A stretch of 64,000 nucleotides of DNA from Octopus sinensis (lineage: Eukaryota). The stretch's first letter is position 1. Every line of letters begins with the position of its first letter. Under the pieces are notes generated by a model, which was not told the DNA's origin, did no database searches, and was given only the letters and a program-made list of their open reading frames with translations. A program made the translations under genes and the position numbers. The stretch lies in NCBI RefSeq assembly GCF_006345805.1, contig NC_043002.1:89156001-89220000 (forward strand). Reading direction: 5' to 3'. Positions 26,501 to 37,701 of this stretch are shown piece by piece.

Positions 26501-28480
26501 CTCTTAAATTATTGTTTTTACTATTTGTTATTTCATTAGTGTTATATTATATATATATACATTACTAATGATTAATATAGTGTTTGCATTCATTTTAAAG
26601 AAATTAGAAACTTTAGAAAATTATTTCCAAAATTACATGTTTCTAAAAAGTGCAGTTTAAAAATACTTTTTGAATATGACAGAGTAATGAAGAAAATCTG
26701 TATAATGTTGAAAGCCATAATTTAAGCAAAAATCATTAATATTATGAGACAATATAGTATGATGATTATGTCAATAATTTATTTGTTTAAGGGACTGGCA
26801 ACAAGAAGGGCATCCAGCCATAAAAATACTGCCTCAAATAAGTACCTAATTTAAACTAGCATAGAAAAATGGAGACAAAATGAATGAATTAAACTATAAT
26901 GTGCCACAAATAATAAAAATTATGGACTCTTAGTTTAGATCTTTATGAAATTGCTAAAACTCGGCCCTATATAATATTTGTTAGTACATTAGATGTAAGT
27001 TTTTAATTTGAAGCATAACAAGAATTAAATCATTTGAGCCCCTGCAATTAATTTCAAAGGTCTTTGAAGACATCATCTACAACCTTAGATGTTTCTGCCT
27101 GTTGTATTAGTTATGCATGTGCAGACATACACACACACTCTGAGGCATGCTCAAAGCAAGCAGAGTATATAGTTTATTGAAAACAAACGTCTTTCTCATG
27201 ACTCAAGTTTCACCTGATTGCAATCCTCAGGTGAGTCTGTATTGTCTGAAGATCACAGTAACATGAAACTTAGGCTGTGAGATACATATTCAGTTTCAAT
27301 AAAACTGTGTGTGTATGTGTTTTTCACTTTTCCAAACAGTTCTATATTGTTCATGTTACAGTTCTTAACTCTCAAGTAAAGCACATAGAAAGGAATCTAT
27401 AGACAAAAATATTTGCTGCAATTACAAAAAAACTCTTTACAATTAGAGAATTACCATCTGAACTGATCCTAAACTGACCCTTAATATCATATCAAAATTT
27501 AAACAGTTGTAGGGGATTTTTGTTTTATTTCCTTTCCTTTTCTTTGAACAGATGGTAGCAACTTATCCAATATCTAGAATAGATATAGTGTTTATTTTAC
27601 TATTTCATTGCTTTAAAAAGAAAATTGATTTAAACTCTGTATTTAGGTAATGGTTCAACATTAAATTCCTGGTAAATAAAATTCATAGTTTAGTTTTGAT
27701 TCTCAGTTACTGCACTAAACCTTCACATTCCATTTTTTGTCCTCCTTCATATAATTTTGTATGGTTTCATGCCAGATTAAAAAAACAAAAAAAATGCTAT
27801 TTCCAAAATTCTGTTTTGGAGGTAAATTATGTTGATATTTTAATTTAATTTCATTTACGGGATTTTTCATCCTAAATTAAAAAATAAAACAAGATCTGTT
27901 GTTATTTTTGTTGTTAAAATACCTTTTATTTGTATCAAGCTTTGTAACTGTGATAAGTTAAAGATATATATTCATGTCCATTAAAATAGAATACTGTGGA
28001 AGCTTCAGACTGTTATTTTGTTTGTTGATTTTTCAGGTGTTTTTTACTTTTTGTTAGTATACTTATTTTTATTTCCTGACTGGGATGGTAAAAATTCATA
28101 CATCTTAATATCTCCTGAGGGTTCCCAATCACAGAAAATCTGGATTTATACAATTTCTATGGAAATAGAGAAAAAAAAATTGAATAAAACAAAAAAGAAA
28201 ATTACATATAGTTGGTCAACAAATTGATTGCCCACATTTACTACCACTGGTTGGCTACATTTGAAACCTTATTACTATAATAAGCATTGTGATTTTGGTG
28301 TCAAACTGTAAACCATGTCCTCAATTTAGTTGCTAATTCCATCCCATTTGGATTTTTCTTTGATCTCTCCAGATACAATGATTGGTTTGCAGATAGTACT
28401 GTATTTTGCTTGTACTCCATGACTTTTGCACCATAATTTGTAATGTGTCATAAATAAACTGGTTATGTATTCACATTTAA
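22558..28480 (+). other. Putative long 3'UTR of the membrane-protein gene
   Basis: Follows the stop codon; AT/U-rich and almost free of the SINEs that fill the rest of the window; ends at AATAAA plus a U-rich tract. Confidence 0.5.
28453..28458 (+). promoter_or_regulatory. Candidate polyadenylation signal AATAAA
   Basis: AATAAA followed ~25 nt later by TGTTTTTTGTATCTTCATTTTT, close to where SINE density resumes. Confidence 0.4.
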
Positions 28481-29397
28481 ATGTTTTTTGTATCTTCATT
28501 TTTAAAAATCAGACTTCCTATTTTAGTTGTGATTGTTTATTTTCATGTTTGGCAGGGGATGGTACCAGAAATAATAAATGGATCTTGATCACAGTTTCTG
28601 ACTCTGATTTTATTTAGTTGTTTGATCAAGTAGACTACCTGGAACATTAAATCAATGTGTTAGTGGCTGAGTATTCCCCAGACATGTGTGCCCTTAACAT
28701 AATTCTAAGTTCAATCATCTTGATATACAGTGTGGCAAGATTAGCTGTCTGAATTTCAGAATTTCTCAATTTCTGACTGGCTTGCACAGTTTCCATCTAC
28801 CCATTTTCACCCACAAAGCATGTTTCAGCTCGAAGCTATGTGAAAAGATACTTGTCTGAGATGTCACCGAGTGGAATTGACCCTAGGACCTTGTGATTGA
28901 AAAGCAAACTTGTTAATCATTCAGCTACACTGCACCTACAAGAGATGAATGAATCAGTACAATGTTGTAAATGAGAAGCATTGTCAGATGCTTGAGGTAA
29001 AACATTAATTTTGTGTGCAGAGCAGGATTTTTTTTTCATGTATTTCAATGTTTGTTTTTGACATAAAAAAAGTGTATAAGAATACTTACAAAATTTTAGT
29101 ATGGGTACTTTACCAATGAATGGAATAAAATATTTTCAAAGGTGATTTGTTGAGGTGGTTATTGGCTTAGCCAGAGGAGGGAAAACCATACACGTGCCCT
29201 TTTCAGTGCCCATAAGGGATGTGAGAAACATTTTCAGATCAATGACCTTGCTCAAATGCTGGCAACAGAATGGATCCTGCGAAAGTCACCCAAGAGAACT
29301 ATACTAAACAGAAGTGAACAAAAAACCAAGCCCTGGTGGTCACCTACCTGCATACTAAATTCATTGCTGAACAATTGCTTAAAAAATAATAAATGCG

Positions 29398-29677
29398 CTC
29401 TTTTAAAGTCTAGCCAGGCTCATGAGCCTGGTTTCCCATTTTCAATGGCGTGTGTGCTCTCCAACTGGACGGGACGCCAGTCCATCACAGCGTTACTCAT
29501 TTTTGCCAGCTGAGTGGACTGGAGCAGGGTGAAGCGTTACTCATTTTTGCCAGCTGAATGGACTGGAGCAATGGAGTGTTTTGCTCAAGAATACAACACA
29601 TCGCCCGGTCCAGGAATCAAAACCACAATCTTACAATCATGGTGCTGACACCCTAACCACTAAGCCACGCGCCTCCA
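29398..29677 (-). mobile_element. CORE-like tRNA-derived SINE with an internal 38-bp duplication
   Basis: Reverse-complemented head GGAGGCGCGTGGCTTAGTGGTTAGGG; AGCGTTACTCATTTTTGCCAGCTGA(G/A)TGGACTGGAGCA occurs twice. Confidence 0.75.
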
Positions 29678-30682
29678 TGGACAATTGCTTACAACTATGA
29701 AAAATACAATGAGCAGTAGAGATTGTTTTGGCTCATTTGCATATCAGGACATTAACTAACAATGTGTATTAGCAAAAGTACAGAGACAGCATTGTTTATC
29801 TTTTATCTTTTACTTGTTTCACTCATTGGACTGCGATCATGCTGGGGCACTGCCTTTAAATGTTTAGTCAGACAAATCAAACACAGTACTTACATTTACT
29901 ATCAGACTCTTTTGCCAGATCACTAAGTTAGAAGGACATAAACAAATCAACTCCAGATGTCAAGTCGAGGGGCGGGGGCAGACACAAACACACACACACA
30001 TATATGTAAGGCTGTAGTAAAAGACAGCCCAAGGTGCCATGCACTGGGCTTGAACCTAAAACCATGTGGTAAGAACCAAGCTTCTTACAATACAGCTATG
30101 CTTGCACTTGTTTGTGGATAAATTGTAAATAAATTTCCAGTGTATATTTAATACTCATCCACTTAGCATCACTATACACACTTACCCCATGGTTAATCCA
30201 CATGGTTCTCTCTCCGGTATAGATTGTAAAGCAACTCAACCAATCTCACCTGGTCATCACTAGCACATCAGGAGTGATTACTTCATCTGTACTCTAAAAG
30301 ATAATCTTGCCGTTTAACCATAGGCTCTATTTATGCAGCAAGGTTAAATGTGTTTATTTAATGCACATCTATAAATGTGAATATATGTGTGTGTGTATGT
30401 GGTATATAGATAGATACACACATGCATAAATACATACATACATGTGCACACACACACCTACGGATGGATACATCATCATTGTCGTCATTTTAATGTTCAC
30501 TTTTTGATGCTTGCATGGGTCAGATGGAATTTGTTAAGGTAGATCTTCTACAGCTGGATGCTCATCCTGTCACCAACACTCACCTGTTTCCAAAGAACGT
30601 AATATTTCTCTATGACCAGACACATTTTCATGGAAGATGGGAAACAAAGGACACCGTACATATATATGTGACAGTGACACTC

Positions 30683-30719
<37 letters not shown>

Positions 30720-31213
30720 CATACATATGTAATTCCCTGGGGTAAAGATGTTCTATTGAAATGCCTTGTTACTCTGATATAAGAAAGCAATTTCGTTATA
30801 ACTGCCACAAAAGTGTATTTTCCATCACGAAAAAGTACAAAAACCTGTCAGCTGGAGGAAGGAGAGATTGTTGGAGGTTGGCAAGAGGCAAAGACATTCT
30901 GCTTAGCGAAGGCATCTGGGAAAAGCATAACTGCTGTCATTCACAGAAAAATTATTGTTTTACCATAAGAAAAGCTGTTGAAGTGTTAAGTGAAATTTGG
31001 CAATCGTGGATCAAATCCACGCTATGCTGCATTAAGCCACTACAAAAGTATTTTTATATATAGAAATGTATGAATGAAGTCTTTAAGGTTTAAGATTCAA
31101 ATTAAGGAAGTGCAATAATAATGTATAGCAGTTCAAAACTGTGAGTAGTGAAATGCAGAATTAGGTCGGCTAATCATGAGAAGCAAATATTGATCACTTT
31201 GCTAAAATCTGCA

Positions 31214-31639
31214 GGTGGTATGGGTTATTTCCCTTGGGTTGTTTAAATGAAATATTAATAATATGTAGTAGATAGAAGGATCCATTGGAAGGGCCCTATT
31301 ATTGATTTTTACAACAATATAAGTCATGAGGTTTCCAGACATGAGTTCTACTCACATGTCAAATAAAGTATAAAAGTGATATTGTCTGCAAAAATTAGAA
31401 ATAGGATGCACAAAAAATCAATATTCAAAGTAATTGAACATAAACAATGAAATGCTTTATTTCCCTTGAGTGTTTAAAAATATTGTACAGGTGCTATGGG
31501 TTATTTGCCTTGGTGTTGAAAAAAAAATCAGTTATATGAGGTAGATATAAAAGTTCCTTCCAGGGGCTGTATTATCGATTTTTTCAACAATCTAAGTATG
31601 TCATGAGGTCTCTAGACATGAGTTCTACTCACGTGTCAA
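31214..31639. repeat. ~150-bp direct repeat (31214-31362 / 31490-31639) inside a probable non-autonomous element
   Basis: GGT(G/C)TATGGGTTATTT..GTCATGAGGT..AGACATGAGTTCTACTCAC(A/G)TGTCAA twice. Confidence 0.7.
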
Positions 31640-31914
31640 GTTCCGTCAAAATCATTAAAACAATGTAGGAGGAATTAACTAACAATGCCACAAAAAAACA
31701 CACACCAATTTTCCTTATATGTAGTAGGTATATATAAGTGAGGGTGTAAGATAACACAGTTTTGCTAGAAATAGGCGTCAAAATCAAGTCAAATAATCAG
31801 AAGCACTGAAAATAAGCAAGCTTACGAAGTCGGGAAAGCAAGAAGAAATAAACATAGCCAACATACCAAGACAAAAGATAATCGCAAATGATGATGCATA
31901 TACCCAGCTGATAG

Positions 31915-31969
31915 CCCATATCATGTGATTTCGATCTCTGAGAATTTTCCTTTAGATATCTTCAGTGGG
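31915..31969 (-). ncRNA. Type I hammerhead-ribozyme-like motif (Penelope-type), probably partly decayed
   Basis: CCCA-CTGAAGA-tATCT..AGATc-GAAA-TCA-CA-TGA-TA-TGGG: stems I-III and core present; 10.1/11.1 pair is U/C. Confidence 0.6.
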
Positions 31970-32069
31970 TCTCACTACCTGTTGCCTAGGGCTAAACATC
32001 TCCTCACATTGCAAGTTTGTTAAACCATTAGGAGGCTTGTACCAAAATTCAAATAGTTGCAGTATATAA

Positions 32070-32343
32070 TTATAAATAATGGGGATATTATTATCAAAAA
32101 ATAACAACATCAGTGGCTATTAGCAAAAAAAAAACAAAAAGGCAAATATATAAGTGAGGGGGCTAGATAATATAGCTTTGCTTGAAATAGGAGTCAAAAT
32201 TGACTCAACTAGCCACAAGCAATGAAAGTGAACAAGCTTTCCTATTTCTAGCAAAACTGTGCTATCTAGCATCCTCACTTTTGATTTTTATGCTAATAAC
32301 TACTGATATTGTTAATTTTTTATAATATCCCCCATTACTTATA
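32070..32343. repeat. Inverted repeat; part of the left arm also directly repeated at 31731-31830 (Penelope-like remnant)
   Basis: ATAATGGGGATATTA..AAGTGAGGGGGCTAGATA.. mirrored by CCTATTTCTAGCAAAAC..CCTCACTT..TAATATCCCCCATTA. Confidence 0.65.
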
Positions 32344-32379
32344 CATGCATATATATATACACATTATATATATATATAC

Positions 32380-32905
32380 ACAGGATGCAATGAATAAACT
32401 ATCGTCATTTTGTATTTTTGATTTTGTCAACTATACAGTATAGTAGGGTCAGTTGGACACCGTCTGTGAAAAAAACAGCACCATGGTGCAATTGACTCTG
32501 CCAGAAATTTGGAAACAACATGCTGTACTGCTTGGCATTCATTCTAAAAGCTCCAATACAAACAGATGGTGAACACACAGAACAACCGTTGGCTTGCAGT
32601 GTCCCCAAAACATGTAGTGAGGGTGATAAAAAATCAAACATCCAGTTAGCATCATGGTGTTTGGAGTGATCACTAGTGATGGCGCGGTTATGCCTCCATT
32701 CATCTTCCCACATGGCCTCAGACTCAACATGGAGGCCTATATCAAGTGCTTGGAGGAAGTAGTGCTGCCCTGGGCCAAGAAGGGTGGCTACTGTGAGACC
32801 TTATGACTGGCAACAGAACTCTGCACCATACCACACAAACAAGAGAACGCAGTCATGGCTGTCGGATAATTTCTGCGACTACATCACCCTAACATCTGGC
32901 CACCT

Positions 32906-32908
<3 letters not shown>
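32380..32908 (+). mobile_element. maT/DD37D-like Tc1-mariner relic, internally deleted and 3' truncated
   Basis: Frameshifted translation NTQNNRWLA..KHPVSIMVFGVITSDGAVMPPFIFPHGLRLNMEAYIKCLEEVVLPW..RPYDWQQNSAPYHT..TQSWLSDNF..NIWPPN; flanked by (TA)n. Confidence 0.8.
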
Positions 32909-32936
<28 letters not shown>

Positions 32937-32938
32937 GT

Positions 32939-33224
32939 GGAGGTGCAATGGCCCAGTGGTTAGGGCATCAGACTCGCGGTTTCGATTCCCAGACCGGGTG
33001 TTGTGAGTGTTTATTGAGCGAAAACACCTAAAGCTCCACGAGGCTCCGGCAGTGGGTGGTGGCGATCCCTGCTGTACTCTTTTGCTGCAACTTTCTCTCA
33101 CTCTTTCTTCTGTTGGCCTGCTCGCTTAGCCAGCGGGGTGGCATCATTTGAAGGCTAAAACAATGCGAAGCGCATTGTGACCAGCGATGTGTAGCAACAT
33201 CTGATAGCCAGGTCGGTCACGGTG

Positions 33225-33226
<2 letters not shown>
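32939..33226 (+). mobile_element. tRNA-headed SINE inserted in (TA)n; partial relative at 62563-62760
   Basis: GGAGGTGCAATGGCCCAGTGGTTAGGG (A-box-like) and GGTTTCGATTCCC (B-box-like). Confidence 0.75.
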
Positions 33227-33258
<32 letters not shown>

Positions 33259-33301
33259 TTATACATATGTATATTTGTATGTATATATATATATATATAT
33301 G

Positions 33302-33899
33302 TTATTACATTAAGGGCTGTTACTATAAGTAAAGCCACATGCTGGAAAGGGACGTTAAAGTCAAATTACTTTATGAAATATACACATTGAAGTTAAGGAA
33401 ACGAACAAAGAAAAAATTCTTTAAAAGGTTTAGTTGCATATTGAAATGATTTTATGGTCAGCGTTGTAACACGCTCTCCATTCGTCATTGCAAACATAAC
33501 CAGAAATATATAAATATAAACACTTATACATATCATGTGAACACAAGATATCCACAGTTGTTCACACATATACCCATGAAAAAATTTCCATCTGAAATGA
33601 AAAAGATTGAAATTCTTTCACCGATTGAACATTTGTATACGCTCTGTGGATAGATCGTATTCGTATAGTATGTATAAGTATTTATATTTATATACTTCTA
33701 GTTATGTTTGCAATGATGAATGGAGAGCGTGTTACAATGCTGACCATAAAATCATTTCAATATGTAACTGAACCTTTTAAAGAATTTTTTTCTTTGTTCA
33801 TTTCCTTAACTTCAGTGTGTGTGTATATTTGATAGTTTGACTTCAGCATCCCTTTCCAGCATGTGGCTTTACTTACAGTAACAGCCCTTAATGTAATAA
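33302..33899. mobile_element. ~600-bp near-perfect palindromic element (foldback MITE)
   Basis: TTATTACATTAAGGGCTGTTAC... / ...GTAACAGCCCTTAATGTAATAA; arms ~250 bp with few mismatches. Confidence 0.85.
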
Positions 33900-34341
33900 T
33901 GTATTTTTAAAAATTATATACTTTGTATTAATTTTTTACCTTAATTGGTTTTACATGCTGGCTACTTCATAAAATCTTATATAGATTTTATCCTTACATT
34001 TAATTGATATATATATAAATATATATACAGAAGTGGGCACCATTAATTAAAAAGTTAACCTCATTAATCATTAATCCATTAACTCTTTTAAAATGTAATA
34101 GAAGTTAACATTAATCCATTAACATTAACTTTTATTGAAAAAAGTTTAATATCCCGCCAACTCTGTTGCTTCATAACTTCCAGAAAAATAGGTACTTTTT
34201 AACACAACTTTCACCAAATAATCACTTATATCCTGTAGATTGAGTGTATGTAAAAATTTAGTGGGAAAAAATTTTCCAAGTGGTTGGCGGTAGGAGTTTC
34301 AAAAAATTCTCAGGACCCAACATTTTCCCCCTCATAACTTA

Positions 34342-35030
34342 TGAGGTGTGTTCAAAAAGTATTCAACTTCATTTTTTTCCTTCCAAAACTAATGCCACAT
34401 GGGCAAAATGATTTGGGTGGGAGATGATGCCATCCGTCTTACACATGTGTGAAAGTTTTTGCACTGGTAGGCTGCATCATTTCCCAATAGTTACATTTAC
34501 AGTACAAACGTAGTGCTTGGTCACTGGATTTTCATTTTCACTAAACACATCGAGCAGAGGGAGATATTGCATCAAGTTTTGCCAAAAACTTAGTGATACT
34601 CAAGCTCAAACCATCCAGAAGATCCAGCAGGTCTTTGGTAATATTGTCATGAGTAAAACTCAAATCAAAGAGTGGTATAACCACTTCAAATATGGCTATA
34701 CCTCAGTGGAGTGCAAAGCATGCTCAGGTAGGCTGTCCACAAGCCAAAACGAGGAGCCAATTGCAAAGGTTTGGTGAATAATCATGAAAGACTGTTGTGT
34801 AACCATCTAGGAAATTGCTCACAAAGTGGGAATAAGCACAGGATCAGTGCATTCCATTTTAATGGAAGATTTGTTCATGCGAAGAGTGTTGGTGAAATTC
34901 ATCCAAAAGGTTTTGGTGGAGCAGCAGAAGCAATCTGCATAGAAATCACTCAAAACATGCCGGACTGTGCAAACCATGACCCAGACTTCGTGAAGACCAT
35001 CATCACTGGTAATGAGATGTGGGTTTACAG
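34342..35030 (+). mobile_element. Mariner relic, left TIR plus 5' part of transposase
   Basis: TA|TGAGGTGTGTTCAAAAAGTATT end; RYCIKFCQKLSDTQAQTIQKIQQVFG..KEWYNHFK, EIAHKVGISTGSVHSILMEDL, DPDFVKTIITGNEMWVY (degenerate TGDETW motif); stops and frameshifts. Confidence 0.85.
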
Positions 35031-36095
35031 TCTCTGCTCAATGTGTTCAGTTTTCTTACATGAAAACAAAAATCCTACACACTACACATCTGTACTTGGA
35101 TTGTTTGGTGAACTACAGATACAACTCATTTTTACCAGCTGAGTGGACTGGAGCCATGTGAAATAAAGTGTCTTGCTCAAGGACACAATGTGACACCAGG
35201 AATCAAACTCATGACCTTATGATTCTTAGCAAAACACCTTAGCCACTAAGTCACAAACCTTAAGCGACAAGTGTGACAAAAATGTAGGTGACATTTTCAA
35301 GGCAAATATTTTCTGTATCTTCCAAATAGTGTAGATTACGAAAAAATTGCCCCCATATCAATATCTGGTTGAAAATTACTTTCAACAAAACTTTATTAGT
35401 ATACAGTGAGTTTTCTGGGTATTCTAAAAATATTTAAAAACATTTTTGTGTTAACTTTCATGAGAATGACCCATTTTCAGGAAAAGCAGAGGCAAAGAGG
35501 AATCACATTTTAATCTGAAAGCTTGCAACAGAATGGTTATCCAAAATAACCTTTCCCATCAGTGACAAAATAACCTTTGCCATCAGCGACATATTACAGA
35601 TTTCAGCACTCTAAACAATAAGACAATATTCCAAAATTTATAATTAAAAATAAAACTGAAACATTTCTCTTTGAAATTGTTTTGAAAATAATCTTTTATT
35701 TTTCTCCTTTTGAAGGGCTTCTTTTTTCTCTCTTCATTACAATTTTAAATTATGCATAAATTTAATACAAATTTTCTTTGACTGAAAAAGTGTGAACAGA
35801 TTGTATATTTTCTGGTTAAATAATTTTCTGCAATATTTGGGGCAAAAATTACATCTTTTTTTTTATACCATCAGCTTGAAGTTGATAGTTATTTTCTTCA
35901 TGAAGAACAAATTTAGAATAGAAATAACAAGGTCTACAAATAAAAATCCAGAAATTTAATTTCTATATAGGATTAGTTTTCATATCCAAAAGACATTAAA
36001 ACAGCAATTTTGCAATAACACAGAAGCAAAATTCAAATGTACTTTGCCTATTTGTGTGTGTATGAGCAGTAGGATGTGTGCATGTATGTGTGAGC

Positions 36096-36134
<39 letters not shown>

Positions 36135-36264
36135 CACATATATATATGCATACACATGTACTGATGTGTGTGTGTATATATATATATATCTATCTATATA
36201 CATATGTATATATATATATATGCACACATAAACACACACATATGTATCCATACACATATGTATG

Positions 36265-36296
<32 letters not shown>

Positions 36297-37701
36297 CATG
36301 CATACATATACACTCTATTTTATTGACCTCAGAAGGATAAAAGCAAAAGTTTACCTTAGTAGCGTCTTAATTTAGTATATAAAGGGCCAGATCAAATACT
36401 ACAAGGCATTTTGTCCAATCTTTCTAATGATTCTATCAAGCCACCACTCTTGAAATATTATAAAGTTCAGATGGGAAGGTTAAACAATAATGTATACAAA
36501 GTAAAAAAAACTTAAAGGCAGCTTCATCTAGTGGGATTTGACTACAATTAGGGATGACACAGATATCCTGCTTGCATTGCATTTAGCTTTATAACATATG
36601 TCTATAAACATATGGTATATTGGTTACAGCCGTTTCAAACTTGAAATACAACATCTTAAAAAAAAAAAGACAACAGCATAATTATTTGATTGAATTTTTA
36701 TCATCTAACGACATCTTTTTACTTAATTAGTTTGTAAACATTGTAATTTTTTATATCATGAACATTTATCTAGCTGGTTATATTATGAACTGTTTAGCCT
36801 AGTTATTTTAGTTGTATTATGAACTGCTTTGGTGTAACTGGTGGACACCAATGTGTTAGTTGTATTGCGAATATCTTAGTATCTTTGTTATATAACAAAC
36901 TGTTTACTGCTATCTTGATTATGTTATGAGCTGTTTGGTATAGCTCTTAAATAATTGCATCTATTCATTTAGGAATAATTTATTTAAAGAATTAGTGTTT
37001 CAGTAAAGGAGCTCAAAATATGTATGAAAATAAAAAAAATTAATCTTTTGATCTGAAGTTTCTTTTTCTTTTCTTCTGAACAAATTTTACAAAGCGATTG
37101 TTAAAAAAACAATAAATTGATTTATTGACAATATAAATAGCAGATAAAGGGAGTGGAGAGTCTCATATGTTGTCTATTATCTGAACCTCATCAATGGTGA
37201 GAAACAGGGTAAAACAGTGGAGCTGCTGTTAGTAGTTGCAGTGCAAAAGTCATTTACAAAAAAAAAAGATAGCTTCCAGAAGTACTTAGTATTTCACTTC
37301 ATAATTCATCATAGGCCCTAGAAAAATATAACAAAGAAAAGTAATCAGAGATATAATTTTAAAACATTATTAAAGAAAAATTGTTTCTTTTAAAGTTATG
37401 ACAACAAAAATATTTCTATTTTAAAGCAAAATGTTTCAATAGTGTTAACAGACTCCATTGGTTGTGATTTATTTTAAAATCTGGTCACTGCTCACTCCAT
37501 GTCTTTTGTGTTCAAGCTTCTTGAAATCTGTGAACAGTTTCTTTACAATAAACATATTAAAATTTGCAGCAAGAAAAAAAAACATTACATTTATTTATTT
37601 ATTTTTCTTGAATGGTCATTAGCTGCCAGCTGAATCTTTAATAATATTGCAACTTTTAAAAATTGTATGAAATATAATACATCTGTCTTGATCTTTGATT
37701 A

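Noticed and set aside
32939-33000. tRNA gene
   Set aside because: Only A/B-box-like SINE head; no complete cloverleaf
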